Shown here: positions 9,449-18,336 of the stretch, one piece after another
How positions within the stretch are numbered: position 1 is the stretch's first letter
Layout: every line of letters starts with the position of its first letter
DNA from: Mycobacteriales bacterium
GTDB lineage: Bacteria > Actinomycetota > Actinomycetes > JAFAQI01
DNA length: 64,000 nucleotides
Reading direction: 5' to 3'
Assembly: GCA_035501255.1 (NCBI GenBank)
Contig: DATJWM010000086.1
Location: forward strand, 8,203-72,202
Notes under the pieces: model-generated
What the model saw: the letters and a program-made list of their open reading frames with translations, nothing else
Databases searched by the model: none
Told to the model about the DNA's origin: nothing
Made by a program: the position numbers and the translations under genes

Positions 9449-12325
9449 TCACGTCTTCGCGCCCGTTCGGCGCCAACCCCGGACCAACCGGGGTCCGATC
9501 ACCGCGATTGCGGTGACGACCGCCGCCAACAAGACGATCGGGATCGCGATACCCAACGGACCGACCGGCGTCGCGGGAGTCGCCACGGCGGCCGGGCTGG
9601 CACTCTCGCTCGGGGACGAAGCGGGAGACGACGCGGAGGTGGACGAACTCGGTTGTGGCGACGTTCCTCCGTCGCTGTGGGTCGAAGTCGGGCCGGGCGT
9701 TCGGGAGACCGGTGGCGTCGAGCGCTGTGACGACGGCTCGGTCTGGGTCGGTGTGGGGGTCGGATCAGGGCAACCCGACCACTTCGACCTCGTCTGCCCG
9801 GAGCCGTTGATGTTCGGGATTTCGCACTGCTGGTCCGAGACGGCCTGCGCTGCCCGAGCCGTATACGCCGACTCCGCGCCAAGGCCGTTCGCCGCGGTCA
9901 TCGGCAGGTAGCCCGGCGGAAGGTCGCCGAAGGAGTTGCCGGGCGTCTGCCCCGCCTTCGCCGCGAACGACAGCTGCTGGGCAAACGCGCTCGCCGCCTC
10001 AGACGACAACCCCGCACTCGGCACGCTCTCCGACACAAGCATCGTGCCCGGATATGCATGAGCAGTGCTGGAGCCGCTCCGCAGCTTGCCGTAGTCCATC
10101 GACCACGCGTTCATCGACGGATCGGGCTTCAGCGCACTCACTGCGCTGCGCATCGTCTTGGTTGATGCCCGCACGAACGTGCCATCCGCAGGGCCGTGGA
10201 TCTTCGACGTGGGTGACACCGACGACCGCGTCTCCAGCAGCGCGGTGTCGAGGTCGTAGCGTTTGGCCTCCGACAACGACACCACGCCGAGCATGAACCG
10301 CACGCCGGGCTGCTGACGAGGGTCGGCGCTGATCTTGTCGGCCGCCGCCACCGTGGCGATCGTGCAGTTGGTCGTCGAGTTCGGCAGTCCGAACTCCATG
10401 TCATAGGCGGCCGTGGACAGGCTCAGCACCGGGGCGGCAACCAGCGGGAGATACGGCACCTGGAACTGGGTCTGGGCGAAGCATCCTGACTTGTCGGCGT
10501 TGTAGGACTGGGTGGGGACGAAGGTGTCCTTGAGCGGCCAGAAGTCGACCGGAAGCTTCATCCCCTTGTATGCGGGATTGACCACCATCCCCCACGGATC
10601 GGGCTTGCCGTTGATGAACGCCCGGGCGGCCGGGTCAGCCTCGATGTAGGAGGTCAGGGCGCGCATGATGTCGGAGTTCGAGGACAACGCCATCAACTCG
10701 GCCCGGGCCTCGTAGTAGATCAGGTAACCCGGCTGCGGGCTCGCCTTCGGGATGTCGGGGTTAAGCGCTTGGAATTCCGGGTCATCGGTGATGTTCAGCG
10801 GGTTGTCGGCCATCGGACCGGGTGTCGTACCGCCGTCCGGAGAGCCGTCGTCCTGAGCAACCTCGTCGAGCACCGGGTAGGACTCGGTGAGTAACTTTGC
10901 GAGCAGCCTCGGGTCCAGCCTGACATCGAAGACCTCGTTATGGTCGCCGTCGTCGACCAGCGTGGCGATGGCAAACCCGTTGACCGCGACCGGTGCATTG
11001 ACGACGGGATGCCCCGACTTGCCCTCGGGTTTGGAAGGGTAGGTGTCATACGCAGCCTGAATGTTGCCTTCGGACAGGCTGTTGACGGAGGCCGGCTCCG
11101 CCTGCGGGACCTGTGTGAACGGCGTACGCTTCGGATCCGTGCAGAACGCCGGCGCCCACTGTTGGGCGGCCTCGGTCATCAGCTCCGAGCCGTACACGAA
11201 GACCGCGGGCTTGCTGCCGACCACCGAGCAGTAGTCCGCCGGCTTGGCAAAACTCAGCGGCACGGTGATGCGATTGCGCCAGTTCGACGCCGACCACCAC
11301 AAGGCGCCGGTGACGGACTCGAGCGCCATGTTTCCCGGATCACCATCAAGCTCGCGGGTTGCGTTCTCGGCCTGCCCCGACTGGTCGTCGGAGTAGGTGC
11401 AGTTGGCAATGTCCTGCGCACTGAGATCACCCCTGGCCTGCTCGTCACAACTCATCCCGTCGATCGGGATGACGACGAGCGAGCAGGGCACCGACGACGA
11501 ACAGCCGAGGGTCGCGTTGGTCTCGTCGCTCCAGAGAACGAACTTTGCGAGCCCGCTCCCATCGCTCCCGGTCGTGCCAAAAGTGGTGTTGTCCGGAAAG
11601 TCCGCCGTGAACGTACCCTGCTCGGGGGCCAGCTTGCTGCACGCCACCGTGGGACCGCTGTAGTAGGTCTTGCCATTGGCGCCGTCGAGAGGCTGGAAGT
11701 AGTCCGCCTCGTTGAGCGCGTACTTGCTGCAACCAGTGGGCAACGGCTTTGGAACGTTGTTGAAGGCGGGGAGATTTCCCGCGTAGCGATCCATTCGCCA
11801 CGGTGGGTAGTCAGTACCGGGCGCGGTCGCGTTGCGCTCACTCAGGTACTGCGTCCAGCAAGTGTTGGGGCTCAACCGCTGCGCAGCGGGCGCCTTGGAC
11901 GAGTCGACACCCCGGCACTCGAGGACCACGACCGGGTACTCCTCGAGGGTCGCCGCGGTCGAGGAGTTCGGGTCAGGATCGACGTAGTTGCTGGGATGCG
12001 CCCCCTTCCACGAAACGTTGATCTCCTGCAAGGTGCGCAGCTGCTTGGTCGCACTGACACTCACGGTCACTTTCCGCTTGTCGACGGTCTTGGTCTTCCC
12101 GTCCGGAAGAACGTCGCTGCGAGTGATCTGCTTACTGACCGTGACCGCGCCGGCGCCCGCAGCGCTCTTGGCCTGAGCCGCTCCCGAGGCGCCCGCGGCG
12201 CCTGCGACCTGCGCCAGGGAGCCGGCCGCGATCAAAGCCGCCGCAGCGATCGCGACCGCCCGACGCCGGCTGCTCACGACGCCGCACCCGGCGGCGGTGC
12301 GCCGGGCTTGGACCAGCGCCGCCAA
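9449..12325 (-). CDS. Large (~945 aa) surface-anchored Cys-containing hypothetical protein; PT/S-rich linker + C-terminal TM + RR tail
   Basis: Longest ORF on the track. The true start is probably the GTG near 12280 ('VSSRRRAVAIAAAALIAAGSLA' signal peptide), immediately after the pstS stop. The C-terminus reads 'PDPTPTPTQTEPSS...PVGPLGIAIPIVLLAAVVTAIAVIGPRLVRGWRR'. No recognised catalytic domain. Confidence 0.55.
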   Translation of the reverse strand: MAALVQARRTAAGCGVVSSRRRAVAIAAAALIAAGSLAQVAGAAGASGAAQAKSAAGAGAVTVSKQITRSDVLPDGKTKTVDKRKVTVSVSATKQLRTLQEINVSWKGAHPSNYVDPDPNSSTAATLEEYPVVVLECRGVDSSKAPAAQRLSPNTCWTQYLSERNATAPGTDYPPWRMDRYAGNLPAFNNVPKPLPTGCSKYALNEADYFQPLDGANGKTYYSGPTVACSKLAPEQGTFTADFPDNTTFGTTGSDGSGLAKFVLWSDETNATLGCSSSVPCSLVVIPIDGMSCDEQARGDLSAQDIANCTYSDDQSGQAENATRELDGDPGNMALESVTGALWWSASNWRNRITVPLSFAKPADYCSVVGSKPAVFVYGSELMTEAAQQWAPAFCTDPKRTPFTQVPQAEPASVNSLSEGNIQAAYDTYPSKPEGKSGHPVVNAPVAVNGFAIATLVDDGDHNEVFDVRLDPRLLAKLLTESYPVLDEVAQDDGSPDGGTTPGPMADNPLNITDDPEFQALNPDIPKASPQPGYLIYYEARAELMALSSNSDIMRALTSYIEADPAARAFINGKPDPWGMVVNPAYKGMKLPVDFWPLKDTFVPTQSYNADKSGCFAQTQFQVPYLPLVAAPVLSLSTAAYDMEFGLPNSTTNCTIATVAAADKISADPRQQPGVRFMLGVVSLSEAKRYDLDTALLETRSSVSPTSKIHGPADGTFVRASTKTMRSAVSALKPDPSMNAWSMDYGKLRSGSSTAHAYPGTMLVSESVPSAGLSSEAASAFAQQLSFAAKAGQTPGNSFGDLPPGYLPMTAANGLGAESAYTARAAQAVSDQQCEIPNINGSGQTRSKWSGCPDPTPTPTQTEPSSQRSTPPVSRTPGPTSTHSDGGTSPQPSSSTSASSPASSPSESASPAAVATPATPVGPLGIAIPIVLLAAVVTAIAVIGPRLVRGWRRTGAKT

Positions 12326-13956
12326 AGTAGCGGCGGAACGATCAGTGCGGCGAGGAACAGACCGACAGCGAGGAGCCCTAACGCCGTGCTGTTGTCCTGA
12401 CCGTCGGCGACCGTCACCGGCTCACCCTCAACGTTGGCGTTCGTGGTCCCCCCGGTCGATCCGACCCGCTGGCCGGTCACCGGATCGACCGGACCCGTGC
12501 TTGCCGATCCCGTCTTGGTCCGCCCGTTGCCGGATCCCGGCGAGGTCGGGCCCGGAGTCCCGCCTCCCTGGTTGGACCCGCCACCACCGTTCTTTTTGCC
12601 GCCGTCACCGCCCTGCGTTTTGCTCTGGTTCTGCTTCACGCTGGTGATCGAGGGGCCGGTCGAATCGTTGGGGGTCGTGCACGGTCCGTGACCCTGCTCA
12701 TCGCACAGCGGAGGCTCGGGGGCGATCTTGGCGAGGTAGTTCTCGGCGGGGTGGTTGGCGACGAAGGTCGGGTTCCCGCACGTGCTCACGTTCAGGTTGT
12801 TGAGCGAGACCTTCGAGTCAGCCTTGTGCAGCAACCCGATCTGCTGGAACCCTGCCTCCACCAGGTTGATCGGCAAGGCGGAGTACCCGAGGCCGCCGAC
12901 CGCGCCTTGGCCCTGGCAGATCGAGGTGTACAGAAAGTCGGCGAGAGTCTGGCGCTTCGGCGACGTCATCGTCCGGTCGCTGCTCGACGTAGGGATGATG
13001 CCGTAGGAGTACGACGAGACGGGATAGGTCCGTTTGTCGTTGTACCCGTATACGTCCTTCAAATTCTCGAGCAGGTAGTTGTTCGAGTGCCGGTTGTAGT
13101 TGATGATCGCTTTCGTCAACGCCACGGCCACGTTGTACTGCGTCGGGAGCGTGTAGTACCCCGCGGTGTTCTCGACCTTGGCGACCGGAATCTTCTTCGC
13201 GATCGCATAGGAATACTCGTCGTAGCCGATCGTCCCCTGCCCGGACGACGATGCGATGTAGTTCATCAACTGGTCCGAGCCGTTCTGAGCAATCTGTCCG
13301 GACTTGCCGCTCGGCCAGTACTCCGTCGGCTTGTCAGCTCCTGCAAAGCCGGTCCACAGGCTCCTGTCCTCCTGGGCGAGATACGCGGAGAACTGGTAGC
13401 TCGTGCCCGATCCCTCCGAATGCACGATCGGCACGATCGGGATCGAGGGGAACTTCCGACCGTTGTTGTCCGCAGAGATGTGGGAGTCGTCCCAGTTCTT
13501 GATCTGCCCGGTGAAGATCTTGGCAAGAGTCGGCCCTGACAACCGGAGGTTGCGCACGAGCTTGCCGGCCACGGTCAGGTGATATGGGAACGAGGTACCA
13601 CCGGCAACCAGTGGTACATAGGCGTATGGTCGCCCGTTGGACGTGTCGGACACGCCGGTCAGCGGGTCGTGACCCTGGAATCCGATGTCGGACACCGCGA
13701 AGTCGACCGCTTTGTTGGCGAAGTCCTGACGGCCCGCCGCCGAGCCGTTCCCGGTGAAGGTCACCCGCAGACCTTGTCCTGACACCTCGCCGATCCAGGC
13801 GTTGACCGCGTTGTAGGCCCAGGTCGAGCCGGAACCGTTGATCTGCGCCGTGCCGGTGGCGTACGACGGCGTCGCGGTCAGTGCGACCAGACCGGACGCG
13901 GCACACAGGGACAAAACCCGCGCCCGGGCGCGGCCGGCGCGGCGGTGTCCGGTCAT
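12274..13956 (-). CDS. pstS: Phosphate-binding protein PstS with Gly-rich C-terminal extension and C-terminal TM anchor
   Basis: Start ATG 13954-13956 overlaps the pstA stop (ATGA). Signal 'VLSLCAASGLVALTATPSYA'. PstS core motifs 'NGSGSTWAYNAVNAW', 'SAAGRQDFANKAVDFAVSD' and 'SEGSGTSYQF'. Then a 'GGDGGKKNGGGGSNQGGG' linker and 'ALGLLAVGLFLAALIVPPLLWRRW' at the C-terminus. The upstream part of ORF 12274-14271 is an unsupported extension. Confidence 0.8.
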   Translation of the reverse strand: MTGHRRAGRARARVLSLCAASGLVALTATPSYATGTAQINGSGSTWAYNAVNAWIGEVSGQGLRVTFTGNGSAAGRQDFANKAVDFAVSDIGFQGHDPLTGVSDTSNGRPYAYVPLVAGGTSFPYHLTVAGKLVRNLRLSGPTLAKIFTGQIKNWDDSHISADNNGRKFPSIPIVPIVHSEGSGTSYQFSAYLAQEDRSLWTGFAGADKPTEYWPSGKSGQIAQNGSDQLMNYIASSSGQGTIGYDEYSYAIAKKIPVAKVENTAGYYTLPTQYNVAVALTKAIINYNRHSNNYLLENLKDVYGYNDKRTYPVSSYSYGIIPTSSSDRTMTSPKRQTLADFLYTSICQGQGAVGGLGYSALPINLVEAGFQQIGLLHKADSKVSLNNLNVSTCGNPTFVANHPAENYLAKIAPEPPLCDEQGHGPCTTPNDSTGPSITSVKQNQSKTQGGDGGKKNGGGGSNQGGGTPGPTSPGSGNGRTKTGSASTGPVDPVTGQRVGSTGGTTNANVEGEPVTVADGQDNSTALGLLAVGLFLAALIVPPLLWRRWSKPGAPPPGAAS

Positions 13957-15059
13957 CGAACGGAGCCCTTCTGACGGGATGCGAGGAAACGAATGAGGAC
14001 GAAAACGACCAGCACGATGATGAGCAGCAGGCTCGCGGCACCGAAGGCGCGGGTGATGAAGTTGGGCTCGCCGCTGCGCACGCCCGAGTAGACGAACAGC
14101 GGCAAGGAGTTCATCGGGTTGTTGACCGGGTTCGTGTTGAAGTACGTCGACGCACCTGAGGTGATCAAAACTGGCGCTGTCTCGCCGACGGCCCGAGCGA
14201 ACGCGAGAATCAACGCGGTCGCGAGACCGGCTCCGGCCGTTGGCAGCACCACCCGCCAGACCATCCGCCACTTCGGAGCACCGAGCGCGAGCCCCGCCTC
14301 CCTCAGCCCGCCCGGCACAACCCGAAGCGAAAGCTCAGCCGATCGCGCGATGATCGGCAGCATGGTGATGGTGAGTGCGATCGCGGCGGCGAGTCCGCTC
14401 TTTTGCATCCCCAGGCCGACGATCAGCAGGGTGTAGACGAACAAACCGGCGATCAGGTCAGGAAGGGCGGTCATCGCCTCAACGACGGTTCGCACGGTAC
14501 GCGCGAGCGGGCCACCAACCTCCGTCATGTACACGGCGGTCGCGATTCCGAGCGGAAGTGCGACCGCGGTCGCGATCGCCAGTTCGATCAGGCTGCCGAC
14601 CACCGCGTGCAAGACACCACCGCGAGTCAGCGGATCCGTCGGCTGCACCGCGTTCATGTCCTGGGTGTAGAAGTTCATGTGGTGGAGCGCCGGCCACCCG
14701 CGAACGAACGTGTAGATGATCGTGGTGGCCAGGGCGAAGGCGACGATCCCCGCCCCGGCACAGATGATCGCGCGCATGAGTCGATCCACGACGACCGGGC
14801 GCGGGTGCGACATCGCGGTGACCGCGGTGTACAGCGCGAGGAAGCTGAGATACCAGCACACGATGAAGCCGAGCAGGCCATGTTCCGGAAGGAGCTCGCC
14901 GTAGACGATCCAGACGGCGCCGAGCGATCCGAACAGCGAGCCGAAGAAGGACAGCACGTCATCGGTCGTCCGGACGGCGAGCTCGCGCGGACGGTCCTCG
15001 CCGGCACCATCGGGGAGGTTGCCGGACACGGACGGCATCGGCAGTGACTCGGTCGACAT
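13953..15059 (-). CDS. pstA: Phosphate ABC transporter permease PstA
   Basis: 368 aa with 6 TM helices. ABC permease EAA-like region 'ARAVGETAPVLITSG'. Position after pstC and before pstS. Its stop overlaps the pstS start. Confidence 0.8.
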   Translation of the reverse strand: MSTESLPMPSVSGNLPDGAGEDRPRELAVRTTDDVLSFFGSLFGSLGAVWIVYGELLPEHGLLGFIVCWYLSFLALYTAVTAMSHPRPVVVDRLMRAIICAGAGIVAFALATTIIYTFVRGWPALHHMNFYTQDMNAVQPTDPLTRGGVLHAVVGSLIELAIATAVALPLGIATAVYMTEVGGPLARTVRTVVEAMTALPDLIAGLFVYTLLIVGLGMQKSGLAAAIALTITMLPIIARSAELSLRVVPGGLREAGLALGAPKWRMVWRVVLPTAGAGLATALILAFARAVGETAPVLITSGASTYFNTNPVNNPMNSLPLFVYSGVRSGEPNFITRAFGAASLLLIIVLVVFVLIRFLASRQKGSVR

Positions 15060-16243
15060 CAGATCTCCGTTGCCGCGCCACTACGGCTGCGAGTGACGAT
15101 CATCCCGGCGATCGTGTTCACGACCAGCGTCAGCGCGAAGAGGACAAAGCCGGCGGCGAGCAATGCCTTGAGCTGGAGTGAGGTCGAATCGCCGAAGCGA
15201 TCGGCAATCAACGACGAGGTCGTGATCGCACCGACCTGCAGCGCGTGAATGTTGACCTTGTAGACCAGCGAGATGATCAGCAAAACGGCGATCGTCTCGC
15301 CCAATGCGCGACCGAGTCCGAGCATCGTCCCCCCGATGATCCCGCCCCGACCGAATGGCAAGACGACCGTTCGAATCACGCCCCACTTGGTCGAACCCAG
15401 GGCAAGGGCGGCTTCACGTTCACCGATCGGTGCCTGCGCAAAAACGCCGCGCATGACCGCACACGTCAGCGGGGTCACCATCATCGCGACCGCGATCCCG
15501 GCGATGAACGCCGAAGCCGTGAACTGTGTCTCCGCCCAGGTCGCAGAGTGCGCATCGGTGTCGACGGACAGGAAGGGGATCCAACCGAAGTACTCCGCAA
15601 GCCAACGGGAAAGCCCGAGGACATGCGGTTGGAGGAGGAAGAAGCCCCACAGGCCATAGACGATGCTCGGCACCGCGGCCATCAGGTCGACGAGCGAGAC
15701 GAGGGTCGCCTTGATCCGCCTGGGCGCGAACTCGGTGATGAACAACGCCGTACACAACGCGAGCGGAAAGGCGATCGCGAGCGCGATCAGGCCGATCTCG
15801 ACCGTGCCGAACAGCGCAGCTGCCACACCCAACTTGTTCTGGTCCGGGTTCCAATCGGTTTCGGTGAAGAAGCTGAACCCGTAGTGCTTGATCGTCGGGA
15901 TCAGCTGAAGGGCCAGGAAGAACCCGATTGCGGCGGTCAGGACCAGAACGAGCACGCCGATGACCGTTGACACGCCGTTGAACGCACGGTCCGAAGGAGC
16001 CAGACCGGCATGGATGAACCGCGGTTTGTCAGGTGCTTCCGCGTCGAACGCGGTGATGTCGACGTCCGGCACTGTTACAGCCGTCGAACGGCGCTGGCCA
16101 CGCACCCAGCCACGGTGCTCGGGGTGGGCGACCACGGAGATGACTCGATCGAAACAGGTCGTGGCTTCGCAGCGAACAACAGGTGAACGACCACAACGCC
16201 CGGACGCCCAAGGCGGCCCCGGCAACGGGCAAAGCGGGTGCAA
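15059..16243 (-). CDS. pstC: Phosphate ABC transporter permease PstC (true start probably internal, ~16078)
   Basis: TM core 'FTETDWNPD', 'LGRALGETIAVLLI'. The annotated N-terminal ~55 aa ('MHPLCPLPGPPWASGRCGRSPVVRCE...') is non-membrane, Cys-rich and overlaps the PHO-box-like repeat. A GTG/ATG start around residues 46-63 is more plausible. Confidence 0.75.
   Translation of the reverse strand: MHPLCPLPGPPWASGRCGRSPVVRCEATTCFDRVISVVAHPEHRGWVRGQRRSTAVTVPDVDITAFDAEAPDKPRFIHAGLAPSDRAFNGVSTVIGVLVLVLTAAIGFFLALQLIPTIKHYGFSFFTETDWNPDQNKLGVAAALFGTVEIGLIALAIAFPLALCTALFITEFAPRRIKATLVSLVDLMAAVPSIVYGLWGFFLLQPHVLGLSRWLAEYFGWIPFLSVDTDAHSATWAETQFTASAFIAGIAVAMMVTPLTCAVMRGVFAQAPIGEREAALALGSTKWGVIRTVVLPFGRGGIIGGTMLGLGRALGETIAVLLIISLVYKVNIHALQVGAITTSSLIADRFGDSTSLQLKALLAAGFVLFALTLVVNTIAGMIVTRSRSGAATEI
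16160..16187 (-). promoter_or_regulatory. PHO-box-like direct repeat (GTTCACCTGTT GTTCGCTGCGA) upstream of pstCAS
   Basis: The minus strand reads 'GTCGTTCACCTGTTGTTCGCTGCGA': two 11-nt direct-repeat units with the GTTCACC core of actinobacterial PhoP/PHO boxes. It lies just upstream of the likely real pstC start. Confidence 0.4.
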
Positions 16244-16460
16244 TGGGTGGCGGCCAAGGTTAACGATCGGCGATTCATCGATGAAGCACAGATGACCATC
16301 TGAGGGAATCTGGTGCAGACCGCTCGAAACTGACCGTCAACCGCGCATGCTGTTGCGTCGCGGGGTGCGTTCCGAACCGGCCGGACGGACGGCCGGAGTC
16401 GCAACGCGCACCTGACGCATCGCAACCACCCAACTTTGCAGGCGGATACGGAGGACAGGA

Positions 16461-17585
16461 ATGGCACACCTTCGGCGACGAATCCTTGCCGGAATCGGCG
16501 CGCTTGCCGTCTCGGGGGTGACGGTCCTTGCGGCCGGCTCCTCGGCTTCGGCGGACTCGACCACCCCCGGCTGGGAGCCCGATCCGAACGCCATCGGCTC
16601 GATCACTCTCTACGACTCGAGCGGGAGCCCGATCACGAGCGGCAACCTCAGCGACGTACCGTTCGCGGCCTACGCCGTGGCGACCCACGCCGGCCGCAGT
16701 GGTGACGATCACGCCCAGCTTTACGCCTACACCCCCCAGGAGGGTGGCGCGAACCCACAAACCTGGAGCGGGGATGAGCTCGGCGCGAGCGCGTACAACC
16801 CGGTGCCCAACGGCACGCCTGCAGCGGTTTCGGCGAGCGGTAATCCGTTCGTGACCGGTACTGACCTGTCCATGGACGACTACATCGGCGAGTACCCGAA
16901 CAACCTCACCGACAGCGGCTATGCCGACCTCTACGAGTTGCGCATCTTCACCGCAGGCCCCTCCCAGCAGCCCGACACCTCCCAGTACGACCGGCTTGAC
17001 ATCTCGGTCGACTCCGGTGCGGGCACGTGGCAGGTCGTCTACCCGGGTTCGGCGCCGACGCTCAACGGCAGCGTCACCATTTCCGGCAAGGTGCGGGTCG
17101 GCAGCACCGTCACCTGTAACGCCTCCTTCACCGACGCCACGTCGACCAGCTACGCGTGGTCGGTCAACTCGGCGGCGATCAGCGGAGCCACCAAGAGCAC
17201 CTTCATGATCCCGGCGAAGGACTACAAGAAGTCGCTCACGTGTACCGCGACCGGCATGAACGGCGGCGGATCGACGCCAGGTACGAGTTCGGCCTCGAAG
17301 GTCGGGCTGGGCGCGGCCCTTCATGCGACGAAGAAGCCGACCATCTCCGGCAAGCCCGCCGTAGGCAAGACTGTGAAGGTCTCCCACGGCACCTGGTCGC
17401 CGGCGGCGAAGTCCTACGCCTACCAGTGGGAGCTCAACGGCAAGAAGATCAAGAAGGCCACCAAGGACAAGCTGAAGATCTCCAAGTCCGAAAAGGGGAA
17501 GAAGCTGTCCTGCAAGGTGACGGCGATCCTGACCGGTTACGCCGATGGTGCAACCACGACGAAGTCGGTCAAGGTCAAGAAGTAG
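16461..17585 (+). CDS. Secreted protein: N-terminal domain paralogous to the 4986-6842 product, plus two Lys-rich Ig-like tandem repeats
   Basis: 374 aa with signal 'ILAGIGALAVSGVTVLAAGSSASA'. The N-terminal ~200 aa are strongly similar to the 4986-6842 protein. The C-terminus has two ~65-aa repeats ('ISGKVRVGSTVTCNASF...YAWSVNSAAISGATKSTF...KKSLTCTATG' / 'ISGKPAVGKTVKVSHGTW...YAYQWELNGKKIKKATKDKL...KKLSCKVTA'). Confidence 0.7.
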   Translation: MAHLRRRILAGIGALAVSGVTVLAAGSSASADSTTPGWEPDPNAIGSITLYDSSGSPITSGNLSDVPFAAYAVATHAGRSGDDHAQLYAYTPQEGGANPQTWSGDELGASAYNPVPNGTPAAVSASGNPFVTGTDLSMDDYIGEYPNNLTDSGYADLYELRIFTAGPSQQPDTSQYDRLDISVDSGAGTWQVVYPGSAPTLNGSVTISGKVRVGSTVTCNASFTDATSTSYAWSVNSAAISGATKSTFMIPAKDYKKSLTCTATGMNGGGSTPGTSSASKVGLGAALHATKKPTISGKPAVGKTVKVSHGTWSPAAKSYAYQWELNGKKIKKATKDKLKISKSEKGKKLSCKVTAILTGYADGATTTKSVKVKK

Positions 17586-17605
17586 TTCAAGGCTCCGACC
17601 CACGA

Positions 17606-17655
17606 GCCGGCCGGGTCCCGCCGCATCGCGGTGGGACCCGGCCGGTTTCTTCGTA
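17606..17655 (+). terminator. Rho-independent terminator (bidirectional candidate) between convergent genes
   Basis: 'GCCGGCCGGGTCCCGCCGC atc GCGGTGGGACCCGGCCGG TTTCTT': a ~19-bp GC stem (one G-T wobble), 3-nt loop and T-tract, 20 nt after the stop of 16461-17585. Confidence 0.6.
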
Positions 17656-17675
17656 GGCGCGCGGTCCGGAGCGGC

Positions 17676-18173
17676 TCAACCAGGTTGAACGGAGGCGACG
17701 TCGGTGTCTGCCCCGCCTGCCTCGGCTTCCCGACGGCTCTCGAGCAATTGCCAGACCCGCGGAGGTTCGGAGTCCGACAGGCTCGCGGTGGCCGCCGCGG
17801 AGATGAAGGTGGTGAGGTTGTACGTGCACTCGCGGTGCCGTAAGTAACCACGGCTGGAGGTCGCCACCGCGGCGCCGTCGAGCGTGAGGCGCCACCCCCA
17901 GGTCGCGGTGTGGGGGACGGTCAGAATCTGCGTCTCCGCACTCGCGATGTCATCGCTGAGCCGCTGGGCGTCGGCCCGCGCCGCGCCAAGGTTCGGAAAG
18001 ACTCGAGCGCTGCGGCCGAGCTCCCGGTGGTTCGCGCCGGTCAGGCGCCAAGCCACCCAGGAACCGTCTGGGGCGACCTCACCCTCGAACGGTTGGTATG
18101 CGTCCGGCCAGACGGGATGGGCCGACATCCCGCTGCCGACACCGACCACGAAGAGAAACCGCGGCGGCTTCAC
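17676..18173 (-). CDS. YegP/DUF1508 family protein (tandem 'WRWRL' repeats)
   Basis: 165 aa with two half-domains: 'DGSWVAWRLTGANHRELGRSARVF' and 'TATWGWRLTLDGAAVATSSRGY', matching the DUF1508 'WRWRL..NGe.iA.S..Y' consensus. Confidence 0.5.
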   Translation of the reverse strand: MKPPRFLFVVGVGSGMSAHPVWPDAYQPFEGEVAPDGSWVAWRLTGANHRELGRSARVFPNLGAARADAQRLSDDIASAETQILTVPHTATWGWRLTLDGAAVATSSRGYLRHRECTYNLTTFISAAATASLSDSEPPRVWQLLESRREAEAGGADTDVASVQPG

Positions 18174-18336
18174 GGGTACCCTCCGGCGTCCGACCTCGGC
18201 CGCGGCGAGGGTCAGACTTCACAATCCGCGCTCGGCCATGCTGTGCAGCGAGTACACCCGATCGACGACGACGGCGGCTGAGCGGCAGACGAACACCAAA
18301 TGTGCGGTACGTGAACGAACGGTGGACGCCACCGCC

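Noticed and set aside
10940-12400. 486-aa + strand ORF
   Set aside because: Antisense to the 958-aa surface protein and pstS; no domain signatures.
16275-17603. 442-aa minus-strand ORF
   Set aside because: Antisense to 16461-17585, which has a signal peptide and clear paralogy to another gene in the window.
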